A stretch of DNA of 64,000 bases from a virus. Numbering within the stretch: position 1 is the first letter of the stretch; each line of letters begins with the position of its first letter. The position numbers and the translations under genes are program-made. The notes beneath the pieces are model-generated. The model did not search any database. It had not been told where the DNA came from and worked only from the letters and a program-made list of their open reading frames with translations. The stretch is from positions 1 through 64,000 of the IMG/VR virus record IMGVR_UViG_3300032323_000894, one strand, 5' to 3'. Shown piece by piece: positions 1 through 11,737 of this stretch.

Positions 1-1
1 A

Positions 2-580
2 TTAAACGCTCTTAGGGAAGAGTACGGGGCTAAAAAACGCATCGACGACCCTATGAAGTTCTACGCTCCGCAGAACCTTTATTATTACGAGGATGACCTT
101 GAAGACGATTTAGACATGTTTGCTGGGGAATCCCCCAACGCTCCAGCAGACCTAACTGACATCCCGACTTCTACTCTAAACGTATCTAGGCCCCGTACAG
201 TAGCAGCAGGTTACGACAAGAACCGTGGAGTTCTTACAGTAGTTTTCAGAGATGGAACTATCTGGAACTACCACAACGTAACAGAGGGTCAGTGGCAGAA
301 CTTCCAGGCCTCTATCTCTAAGGGTAGACCATGGATTAATGAGCAGAAGTTTGGCAGGGGAGAACCTGCCGATATGTCAAACCTAGACCCTCGAGTACAA
401 GCAAGCCTATATGCGGCTGCTCGCCAAGCTCAGCTACAGTACAAAACTGTTAGACAGTACCGCGGACCAAGCGGAAAAGCTAATATTAGTCGTCTAGGTA
501 AAACTGGCGTTGTAAAAGCTCAACGCTCACTTAGAGCACGTACCCCCAAACGGGGCGGAAAACCTCCAAAAAATAATTAG
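2..580 (+). CDS. KTSC-domain protein with basic C-terminal tail (possibly 5'-truncated by the window edge)
   Basis: GYDKNRGVLTVVFRDGTIWNYHNV..WQNF.ASISKG matches the KTSC pattern. The frame is open from nt 2 (LNALREEYGAKKRIDDP) up to ATG 53. Confidence 0.7.
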   Translation, partial: LNALREEYGAKKRIDDPMKFYAPQNLYYYEDDLEDDLDMFAGESPNAPADLTDIPTSTLNVSRPRTVAAGYDKNRGVLTVVFRDGTIWNYHNVTEGQWQNFQASISKGRPWINEQKFGRGEPADMSNLDPRVQASLYAAARQAQLQYKTVRQYRGPSGKANISRLGKTGVVKAQRSLRARTPKRGGKPPKNN

Positions 581-586
581 GACTAC

Positions 587-985
587 ATGCCAAAGGTACA
601 CGAACTCGGACCAGATAAGTTTTTTCAGTACATAGACTTTCCAGTAAAATGGGGATTTAAGCTATACGTACGAGGATGGACACAGGAAATTGCTGAGCCT
701 TTCCGTTCAGCTACACCTATAATAGTAAGACTTCCATTTAACAAAGCACTAGTATTTGGTAAGTGGACAGGCACAAAAAACGAGGAAGAGGCGCTTAGTT
801 CGGCTCTAGAAATGCGGATATTAACAGATGAAGATTTTTCAGAAGAAAATGGGTGGACGCCAGCCCCAGACAAAGATAGAGAAGAGAGTTGCGAACATAG
901 CGACTCCAGACCTAGTGATGTGGGCGGAGAATGCTTTGTATGTTATTGGGAAAGAAGTCACCCATTGGATGCGCGACAAAAATGA
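587..985 (+). CDS. Hypothetical protein
   Basis: AGGA SD before the ATG, 132 aa; its 3' end overlaps the next ORF. Confidence 0.65.
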   Translation: MPKVHELGPDKFFQYIDFPVKWGFKLYVRGWTQEIAEPFRSATPIIVRLPFNKALVFGKWTGTKNEEEALSSALEMRILTDEDFSEENGWTPAPDKDREESCEHSDSRPSDVGGECFVCYWERSHPLDARQK

Positions 986-1070
986 GGACTCTCTAGAAGA
1001 AGCAGCTTTAGGCGCTGAAGCCCTGACAGCAATTATCCACGAACTTAAGAAACGGTCTATGGATGTCTGA
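828..1070 (+). CDS. Hypothetical helical protein upstream of terminase (start 828 or 849)
   Basis: Amphipathic helical sequence; its stop overlaps the terminase start. Confidence 0.6.
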   Translation: MKIFQKKMGGRQPQTKIEKRVANIATPDLVMWAENALYVIGKEVTHWMRDKNEDSLEEAALGAEALTAIIHELKKRSMDV

Positions 1071-2688
1071 TGAGTCCCAGTACGAAGAACTGACGGATTC
1101 TCCTAGCGAAGAAGACTACCAGTTTGAGGAAATCAATCCTGAGTTTTTCTCTGGTGACGAGCACGTTCTTCCAAACGAGTTTGACGAAGATGAGGAAGAA
1201 GACGAACTAACCAAAGAGTTCGTTAATAAACTCACAGACAAAATACTTAAGTTTATGGTTGTTCTTGTAGGTCACGACCTACACTCCTATCAAAAGCCTC
1301 TTGCACGCAGAATCGTAGAATCTGTACTAATAAACGATGGTGAAGAAATTACCGCTTTGGCGTCTCGTCAGTCAGGCAAAACAGAGACAGTGTCTGATGT
1401 ACTAGCCACATTAATGGTAATCCTTCCACTACTTGCCAAGATATACCCAGACCTTCTAGGTCGGTTTAAAGACGGTTTGTGGGTAGGAATGTTTGCGCCC
1501 ACTGAGTCTCAGGCAGAAACCTTGTTTGGTAGAACAGTTACGCGACTTACTTCTGAGCGTGCCCTAGAGGTACTTGGCGACCCAGAAATTGACGATACAA
1601 CTAAGCGCGTGGGCGGAGTAACTCGTCAGATAAAGCTAATGCGCTCAGGCTCCACGATTACAATGATGACAGCTAACCCAAGAGCCAAGATTGAGTCTAA
1701 GTCTTTCCACGTTATCGTAATTGACGAATGCCAAGAAGCAGACGACTTTACAGTCTCAAAATCTATCTCTCCTATGCTTGCTTACTACGCGGGAACCATG
1801 ATTAAGACTGGCACACCAACTACAAGTAAGAACAACTTCTACAGAGCTATTCAGCTAAATAAAAGAAAAGCTACTGGTAGGGGAGCCAAGCAGAACCACT
1901 TTCAGTGGGACTGGAGAGACGTTTCAAAAGTAAACTCTGACTACCAAAAGTTTATTAAAAAAGAAATGCTAAGAATTGGAGAAGAGTCTGATGAGTTCCA
2001 GATGTCGTACAACTGCAAATGGCTTCTTGAACGAGGAATGTTCGTCTCCTCTACCGTCTTGGATGAACTTGGTGATACATCTCAAGAACTCGTCAAAGTC
2101 TGGCATAAAACCCCTGTTGTGGTCGGAATCGACCCTGCTAGAAAAATGGACTCCACTGTGGTCACGGTTGTATGGGTCGACTGGGACCGTCCAGATGAAT
2201 TTGGCTATTTTGACCACCGAATCCTTAATTGGTTGGAACTACAAGGAGATGACTGGGAAGAACAGTACTTCCAAATTGTTAACTTTCTTAGCAATTATGA
2301 CGTACTCGCTATTGGCGTTGACGCTAACGGTGTCGGTGATGCAGTCGCTCAACGGCTAAAGGTTTTAGTCCCAAGAGCTGAAGTAATTCCTTTAACCTCT
2401 AGCCCTACCGAGCAATCTAAAAGATTTAAGCACCTACAGGCCCTAATTCAAAGGCGCTCTATAACCTATCCTAACCACGCTAAGACTAGGCGGCTTAGGG
2501 TTCACAAGCGATTTGTGCAGCAGATGACGGATGCGGAAGTCCACTTCAAAGGCCCTAACTTTAGCGTCGCTGCGCCTAAAGAGACTTACGCCCACGATGA
2601 CTTTGTAGACAGCCTAGCTATAGCCTGCTCTTTAACCCAAGAGTTAGTCATGCCAGAGATTCAATCTACTACTTCACCTTTTTTCTAA
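1063..2688 (+). CDS. terL: Terminase large subunit
   Basis: Walker A ASRQSGKTE, Walker B VIVIDECQE, coupling motif GTP, nuclease motifs GIDPA and HDDFVDSLA; upstream of portal. Confidence 0.93.
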   Translation: MSDESQYEELTDSPSEEDYQFEEINPEFFSGDEHVLPNEFDEDEEEDELTKEFVNKLTDKILKFMVVLVGHDLHSYQKPLARRIVESVLINDGEEITALASRQSGKTETVSDVLATLMVILPLLAKIYPDLLGRFKDGLWVGMFAPTESQAETLFGRTVTRLTSERALEVLGDPEIDDTTKRVGGVTRQIKLMRSGSTITMMTANPRAKIESKSFHVIVIDECQEADDFTVSKSISPMLAYYAGTMIKTGTPTTSKNNFYRAIQLNKRKATGRGAKQNHFQWDWRDVSKVNSDYQKFIKKEMLRIGEESDEFQMSYNCKWLLERGMFVSSTVLDELGDTSQELVKVWHKTPVVVGIDPARKMDSTVVTVVWVDWDRPDEFGYFDHRILNWLELQGDDWEEQYFQIVNFLSNYDVLAIGVDANGVGDAVAQRLKVLVPRAEVIPLTSSPTEQSKRFKHLQALIQRRSITYPNHAKTRRLRVHKRFVQQMTDAEVHFKGPNFSVAAPKETYAHDDFVDSLAIACSLTQELVMPEIQSTTSPFF

Positions 2689-2782
2689 AAGTTTTTAGTT
2701 CAGGGTGTAAAAATCTTAAGAAACAGGGAAACTGTTAGAGGAAATACTGCAGTTTTCCATTTTTAATATTAAGGAGTTCCCC

Positions 2783-3178
2783 ATGGGTATTAGCCCTGCA
2801 CCACAGTTCCCTGAGCGTTCACCTCAGGCTTACGAGATGAAGATGGCTGGCAACACAGAGCGTCGTGGCCCACTACGCTTCGAAGAGGGTGTCGCTACTG
2901 ACACTGACGTACCTAACGATTTCCAGGTTGGAATCCAGAATGGCTTTGCAGCTGCTCCTGGCCGCCCAAACCGTAATGCCCCAGTATGGCAGAAGCCAGC
3001 TGCTGAGACTCTATCTGAGCGTGCTCACGTAGGTTCCGCAGCATGGATTGAAGCACCAACCTTCCTTGGTGAGTTTGCTCACGGTTCTTTTAGCAAGAAC
3101 TCTGAACAGGTTATCGAGACTCGGGTTGTTTCTGGCGGACGTCAGATGCGCAACAATCCAACAGTCGTAAACGACTAA
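2783..3178 (+). CDS. Hypothetical protein, likely virion/head-associated
   Basis: Strong AAGGAG SD; codon usage resembles the capsid gene. Confidence 0.7.
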   Translation: MGISPAPQFPERSPQAYEMKMAGNTERRGPLRFEEGVATDTDVPNDFQVGIQNGFAAAPGRPNRNAPVWQKPAAETLSERAHVGSAAWIEAPTFLGEFAHGSFSKNSEQVIETRVVSGGRQMRNNPTVVND

Positions 3179-3192
3179 TTTAGCCTTACAGC

Positions 3193-3228
3193 TCTCGGCC
3201 TTTACTACTAGATTGGTAGAGGCCGAGA
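3193..3228 (+). terminator. Stem-loop after the 2783-3178 gene (terminator or processing hairpin)
   Basis: TCTCGGCCTTTACT ... GGTAGAGGCCGAGA inverted repeat, ~14 bp with G-U pairs; no U-tract. Confidence 0.5.
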
Positions 3229-3249
3229 ACTTGGCATTGAGGAGTTAAA

Positions 3250-3477
3250 ATGGCAGATGTACCTACCAACGAAAAGCTTTACGCAATGGTCGTAATGCAG
3301 GCGAAAGCTAAGTACCGTATTTACCCATCCCCAGGAGCTTCCCACTGGGTCCATAAGCGCTACCTTGAGCTTGGTGGAAAGTTTGAAGACTCTGAAGAAG
3401 TCAACGAAAGAAAAGAAGCTGTACAAAAGTTTGCAGAACGAGCTCGAGAGCTTAAGAACAAGCGTGGAGACAAGTAA
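3250..3477 (+). CDS. Small basic protein, DUF5872-like N-terminal helical motif
   Basis: PTNEKLY...AKAKYRIYPSPGASHWVHKRYLELGGKF; GAGGAG SD; TAATG-coupled to portal. Confidence 0.6.
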   Translation: MADVPTNEKLYAMVVMQAKAKYRIYPSPGASHWVHKRYLELGGKFEDSEEVNERKEAVQKFAERARELKNKRGDK

Positions 3478-5198
3478 TGTCAATAGCTGATTTCTCCCCA
3501 CCGAGCTATAGAGCTGCATCATCTGACTTAACAATTTCTATCTCTCCACTAGGTCTTGTAGAACTAGCTGACGAAGAGTTTGAGGTCCACGGTCCTCGTC
3601 TAAACCGTTACTCCCTTAATTGGGCCATGTACCTTGGTCACCACTGGGGCTATCGCCGTGAACAAGGCGAAATGCAAATTTCCATCAACTACTACCGTGC
3701 TTTCCTAGATTACCTAGCTAGGTTCACTTTTGGTAACGGCGTTCACTTTAGAAGCCCAAAAGCTACAGAAGCAATCATCCCAGACCGCCTTGAAAGAGTA
3801 TGGGAAATTGACAACGACAAGATGCAGGTACTGTTTGAGATGGCTCAAACAGGGGGCATTACAGGGGACTGCTTTGTTAAAGTAGCTTACGAAGAAGCTT
3901 GGGAAGACAGCGTAGGTCGCTTTCACCCAGGTCGTGTAAGGATTCTTCCTCTTAACCCAGCTTTTGCTTTCCCTGAGTTTCACCCTCACGACAGAAGTCG
4001 ACTACTTAGATTTAAGCAGAAGTACCGTTTCTGGGGAACATCTCTAGAAGGTACCCGTCAGGTGTTTACCTACACGGAGATTCTTACCGATGATGTTATC
4101 GAAGAGTACATCAACGATGAGCTAATTGACTCTAGACCAAACCCATTGGGACAGATTCCAGTAGTTCACATTCCTAACATTCCAGTATCTGGTTCTCCTT
4201 GGGGACTTTCAGATGCCCATGACATCATCTCGATTAACCGTGCGTACAATGAAATCTCTACAGACATTGCCGACATCATTAACTACCATGCAGCTCCTGT
4301 AACTGTAATTGTTGGTGCCAAGGCCTCTAACCTTGAAAAGGGTGCCAAGAAGGTCTGGGGCGGACTTCCTAAAGACGCTCAGGTATTTAACCTAGAAGGC
4401 GGTGGCTCAGGAATTCAGGGAGCCCTAGATTACCTAGACAGACTTAAGATGTCTATGCACGAGCTGATGAACATCCCCGAGACTGCTTTGGGACAGGCAC
4501 AGCCAATCTCTAACACTTCTGGTGTTGCTCTTTCTATCCAGTTCCAGCCTTTGATGAACCGATGGTCGCAGAAGGTTGCAGTATACGGAAAGGGTCTTGA
4601 GCGAGTTAATGAGCTGGTAATGCTTAACCTAGCCGTTAAAGAACCAGAAACTCTTGTGTATAACCCTGAAACAGATGGTCCTATTAAAGATGGTCAGCTA
4701 ACAAAGCTTGACCCTAATGACCCAATGACTTACCTGACCTACTCACACTTCCCACCACCACTACCTTTGGACAAGATTGTCCTATTGAACGAGCTAGCTC
4801 AGAAGCTATCTATGGGCCTTGAGTCCAAAGAAGGCGCACTACGTGCTCTTGGTGAGGAATTCCCAGAAGAGAAGCTTGTTGAGATTCGTGCAGAGCTTAT
4901 TGCTGACGCTAAGTCAGATGGAGCTCTTAACCTTGTTAAGGTTCAAGTTCAGAAGCAGATTATGGATATGACTGGATTCATGGCTAGCCCAGACGGCACA
5001 GCTACTCCTGTAGACCCAATGATGATGGGTGATGGAGACCTATTGGGAGACGGCTCAATTGGTGCCCAGGGCACAGACCCTGAAGCACCAGTTGTTGAGG
5101 CTGAGACCCTAGACGCTGAACAGCGTATTCGAGAGACTTTGGTAAGCCAGGCATACGGGGCAAACGTCCCTAAAACCAGAGCGGTGGACAAAGAGTAA
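3477..5198 (+). CDS. Portal protein (SPP1 gp6-like)
   Basis: 573 aa between terminase and scaffold; NPLGQIPVVHIPN..GSPWGLSD and SNTSGVAL motifs typical of portals. Confidence 0.88.
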   Translation: MSIADFSPPSYRAASSDLTISISPLGLVELADEEFEVHGPRLNRYSLNWAMYLGHHWGYRREQGEMQISINYYRAFLDYLARFTFGNGVHFRSPKATEAIIPDRLERVWEIDNDKMQVLFEMAQTGGITGDCFVKVAYEEAWEDSVGRFHPGRVRILPLNPAFAFPEFHPHDRSRLLRFKQKYRFWGTSLEGTRQVFTYTEILTDDVIEEYINDELIDSRPNPLGQIPVVHIPNIPVSGSPWGLSDAHDIISINRAYNEISTDIADIINYHAAPVTVIVGAKASNLEKGAKKVWGGLPKDAQVFNLEGGGSGIQGALDYLDRLKMSMHELMNIPETALGQAQPISNTSGVALSIQFQPLMNRWSQKVAVYGKGLERVNELVMLNLAVKEPETLVYNPETDGPIKDGQLTKLDPNDPMTYLTYSHFPPPLPLDKIVLLNELAQKLSMGLESKEGALRALGEEFPEEKLVEIRAELIADAKSDGALNLVKVQVQKQIMDMTGFMASPDGTATPVDPMMMGDGDLLGDGSIGAQGTDPEAPVVEAETLDAEQRIRETLVSQAYGANVPKTRAVDKE

Positions 5199-5327
5199 CC
5201 CCAAGTATTCACAGGAGTTTACCGAGAAATTTAAACAATTTTAAGGTGAACTTATTGAGTATAAGTGACAAGGTCATGTGGCATTAATTCGGAAAACGAC
5301 CCTGAGAATGAAAAGAGAATAACCATT

Positions 5328-6101
5328 ATGGACGAACAACTAGAGATTGCAGACGCAATCGAAACTGGTTCCACAGAAGCTTTTAACGAAGCTACTGCAG
5401 AAGCATCATCTACATCCGCTGCAAAGTACACTAACGAGGATATCGCTAAGGCACGTGCGCAGGAAAAAGAGAAGCTATACCCTGTAGTAGACAAGCTAAA
5501 AGAAGAACTCAATCTGCTAAAGCAGAAAGAGTCTGAGCGTGAAACTAAAGAAGCTGAGCGTAAGGCTGCCCGCGCAGCCCGTGACGCAGAAGCTGCTGCA
5601 GAAAAGAAGAAGCAGGAAGAAGCCGAGCTAGGCTTCAAAGACCTTCTATCTAAGAAAGAGCAAGAGTTCCAAGCTCAAATTGAGGCAGAACGTGCAGAAC
5701 GAGAAAAAGCTTTTGCACTTCTAGACCGTGAGCGTGAGTTCCAGGAGTTGCAGACGTACCGTCAGCAGCGTCTCGAGCAAGAACGTGAGAGCATTATTCC
5801 TGAATTAATTGACCTTATTCAGGGAAATTCCAAAGATGAAATCGAGCAGAGCATCAATGGTCTTAAAGACAAATCTGCGAAAATCTTCGAATCCGTGGCG
5901 ACAGCGTCGCAACAGACTCGCAAGGAAATGGTAGGAAGCCGAATTACGGCCCCTGCCTCTGGACCCCTCGACAATGACTCGGAGCAACGTTCGTATTCTC
6001 CTGATGACCTCAGGAACATGTCTATTACAGACTACGCGAAGAATAGAGCCAAGCTACTTGGTTCTGCAAGTAATAACCGTGGACAGGGATTGTTCGGGTA
6101 A
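5328..6101 (+). CDS. Capsid scaffolding protein
   Basis: Long Glu/Lys/Ala coiled-coil directly upstream of the capsid gene; ATG 5328 preferred over GTG 5265. Confidence 0.8.
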   Translation: MDEQLEIADAIETGSTEAFNEATAEASSTSAAKYTNEDIAKARAQEKEKLYPVVDKLKEELNLLKQKESERETKEAERKAARAARDAEAAAEKKKQEEAELGFKDLLSKKEQEFQAQIEAERAEREKAFALLDREREFQELQTYRQQRLEQERESIIPELIDLIQGNSKDEIEQSINGLKDKSAKIFESVATASQQTRKEMVGSRITAPASGPLDNDSEQRSYSPDDLRNMSITDYAKNRAKLLGSASNNRGQGLFG

Positions 6102-6135
6102 TTAACCTAACCTAACCGACCGAAAGGAACTAATA

Positions 6136-7266
6136 ATGGCGTCAGCTATTACAGGTTCGGGCCAGCTTGCTGGAGCCCCAACCGCATATTCAGGTTCGAA
6201 CAGCCAGCTATCTCAGGCTATTCAGACCATCTGGTCGAAGGAAATTCTGTTCCAGGCGATGCCTATTCTTCGCTTTGAGCAGTTTGCAGTTAAGAAGACT
6301 GAACTAGGTGTCGCACCTGGTCTTCGTGTTAACTTCCTTCGCTACAAGAACTTCGCAGTGGACCCAACTCCACTGACCGAAGGTGTCCGTATGACAACCT
6401 CTGCATTGACTGCAGAGCAGATTGCTATCACCGTTGCTGAGCACGGTTACGCAGTAGCTGTTTCTGAGCTACTACTTAACGCCTCATTCGACGACATCAT
6501 GGCCTCTGCTTCACGTCTACTTGGTCGTCACATGGCACAGTACCTAGACCTACAGGCTCGCAACACCCTTGGTGCTGCTACTTCTGCAGTGTTTGGTTAC
6601 GACCGCTCAGAAATCACTGGCGGTGCCTTCACTAACTACGACGAAGGTACTAAGGCAGCTAACCTTGCAGGAGTTACTGCAGACCACAAGCTGACTACTG
6701 GTGCAATCAAGGATGCAGCTCTTACCCTTGCTGGTAAGAACATCCCTCGCATTGGTGAAACCTACGTTCAGTTCATCCACCCAAAGCAGTCTCGTGACCT
6801 TCGCTCGAACCCAGAGTTCATTGAAGTCACCAAGTACGCTGCTCCAGGTAACTTCATGCTTGGTGAGATTGGTCGTCTATACGACGTAGTCTTTATCGAG
6901 ACCACTCAGGTTAACCTACTGGCATCTGGAACCAACATTGCAACCAGCCCAGCTACTGCTTACTCGCAGTCTGTTGGAGCACCTGCAAACCAGGGCTCAA
7001 TCCCAGTAACCGCTAACACCAACCCTGGTGGTGGAGGTAACCCAGAAAACGACGCTGCAGCAGCTACCACTGGTACTACTCAGACTAACGTTTACGAGTC
7101 AATCATGATTGGTGACAACGCATTTGGTCACGCAATCTCTCTACCAGTTGAGCTCCGTGACGGTGGTGTTCTAGACTTCGGTCGCGAGCACGCACTAGCA
7201 TGGTACGCCATCTGGGGTCTAGGTATCATCACAGACCAGGCTATCGTTAAGGTATACACCGCTTAA
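6136..7266 (+). CDS. Major capsid protein (N4-gp56-like family)
   Basis: 376 aa; PLTEG, EHGYAVAVSE, GEIGRLYDVVFIET, DFGREHALAWY motifs; strong codon bias; GAAAGGA SD. Confidence 0.9.
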   Translation: MASAITGSGQLAGAPTAYSGSNSQLSQAIQTIWSKEILFQAMPILRFEQFAVKKTELGVAPGLRVNFLRYKNFAVDPTPLTEGVRMTTSALTAEQIAITVAEHGYAVAVSELLLNASFDDIMASASRLLGRHMAQYLDLQARNTLGAATSAVFGYDRSEITGGAFTNYDEGTKAANLAGVTADHKLTTGAIKDAALTLAGKNIPRIGETYVQFIHPKQSRDLRSNPEFIEVTKYAAPGNFMLGEIGRLYDVVFIETTQVNLLASGTNIATSPATAYSQSVGAPANQGSIPVTANTNPGGGGNPENDAAAATTGTTQTNVYESIMIGDNAFGHAISLPVELRDGGVLDFGREHALAWYAIWGLGIITDQAIVKVYTA

Positions 7267-7285
7267 TAGCCAAACCCTTCGTGAA

Positions 7286-7315
7286 GGGGGGAGGGGGCTC
7301 GAAATCCCTCCCCCC
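7286..7315 (+). terminator. GC-rich stem-loop downstream of the capsid gene
   Basis: GGGGGGAGGG / CCCTCCCCCC 10-bp stem; no U-tract. Confidence 0.55.
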
Positions 7316-7355
7316 AACACAAACAAATGAATATTCTATTTAGGAGAAAAATATC

Positions 7356-7724
7356 GTGGCAAATAAACCAACAAGTCCAATGGACGCAACAGGCAAGGCA
7401 GCAGAAGACGCTGCTAGACGAAACGCAGCAGAGCTAGCAGCTCGCAAGGAAGAGATTTCTCTTTCTCGTGCAGCAGAGGAAATCTCTCTAGCTAACGACG
7501 TGTTTGACCCAAAGAAACCAGACGCCCCACTTCTAATCGATGAGATTGAAGAAATTGGCGTTAGTGTTAATGATGAGAAAGTTATCATCCGAGTCAACAC
7601 TGATATTGATGACATGACTTATGGAGTCGGAAACTCTTACACCTTCAAGCAGGGTGTTAAGTACTCGGTTCCACGTGACCTAGCTGAGTACCTTCAGCGA
7701 CTAGGTTACCTGTGGCTTAACTAA
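7356..7724 (+). CDS. Hypothetical head-associated protein
   Basis: AGGAGA SD, GTG start; follows capsid. Confidence 0.7.
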   Translation: MANKPTSPMDATGKAAEDAARRNAAELAARKEEISLSRAAEEISLANDVFDPKKPDAPLLIDEIEEIGVSVNDEKVIIRVNTDIDDMTYGVGNSYTFKQGVKYSVPRDLAEYLQRLGYLWLN

Positions 7725-7739
7725 GCTACCTAATAAGCT

Positions 7740-7788
7740 GTCCGTCCTGCTGGTCCCCGCCCTCCTCACCAGCAGGGCGGACTTTTAT
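7740..7788 (+). terminator. Intrinsic terminator with 13-nt C-rich loop
   Basis: GTCCGTCCTGCTGGT / ACCAGCAGGGCGGAC 15-bp stem followed by TTTTAT. Confidence 0.8.
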
Positions 7789-7850
7789 GTTTGCGCTGTA
7801 TTTTACGCCAATTTGCGAGACCATAATTACATCTAGATTTCGGAGGTATC

Positions 7851-8908
7851 GTGGCGACCATTTCCAGCCTCGTCGACAGAGTTCGCGTAGAACTCGGTGA
7901 TGTGCCAAAATCATTTGTCACCCAGTTCATGGCTGACGGCACCACTAATCGATTTAAGCTGCACTATTCTCCACTAGATGCAACTACAGTCGTAGTGTAC
8001 AAAAATAATGTAGACATCTCCGATGAGTGCTCTGTAGAGGAATCTTCAGGAATCCTCGTTACCGAAACGTTACCTGTTGACGGAGACGAGTTTACTGTCA
8101 GTGGTATGTACTACCGCTATTTTACTGGGGCTGAACTAGCTCAAGTTATTACTAGCGCCGTGGACATGCACTCTGCAAAGCATACAGATTCCCTGGGACG
8201 TAAGATTACCATCGATACTCTCCCTTACATTGATGAGTACCCAGTAGTTGTGTACGCCACAGCTTTGGCGCTGTACACCCTTGCTACTGACGCATCCTTT
8301 GACATTAACATCTTTGCCCCTGATGGCGTGACTATTCCTAGGTCTGAGCGTTACCGCCAGCTTCTAGACATGATGAACACTAGAAAGTCTCAGTATGCTG
8401 AGCTATGTGCCCATCTAGGTATTGGCCTATACAGTATTGATGTATTTACTCTTAGACGAATCTCTAAGAGGACTAATCGTTACGTACCTGTTTACAAGCC
8501 TATGGAAGTTGACGACAGGTCTTGGCCACAAAGGGTTAACCTTTCTCTTCCTGATTATGGAGATGCTCAACCAGCATGGCCAACAGAGGGTGGCCCACTA
8601 AACGCTTACCAAGGCGTTGCCTACGAAGAGCAAATTTCCTTTACAGGAGACTTTACTGGAAAGACTATTATTGCTCGTCTTCTAGCTCAAAGAGGAAGCG
8701 TGCAGGTAGTTAGAAACTTTACCCTAGAAGTAACTACTGAGGATGACGAAAACTTTGTAGCAAATATTTCATTGACCGCTGAAGAAACAATTCGACCACC
8801 TCGACGTACGCACTGGCAAATTGCTAGTAAAGACAACGAGACTAACGAGATTATTGAAATTCTTGGTGGCGACTTCTTTATCCAACGTCGTAGTGAGGTT
8901 ATCCTTTA

Positions 8909-8909
<1 letters not shown>
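7851..8909 (+). CDS. Putative head-to-tail adaptor with C-terminal beta-sandwich (fibre anchor?)
   Basis: N-terminal [11 protein letters not shown] typical of head-completion proteins; GGAGG SD; TAATG-coupled to the collagen-like gene. Confidence 0.55.

Positions 8910-11736
<2,827 letters not shown>

Positions 11737-11737
<1 letters not shown>

Noticed and set aside
6102-6125. TAACC x3 micro-repeat before the capsid SD
   Set aside because: Too short; most simply an unstructured translation enhancer.
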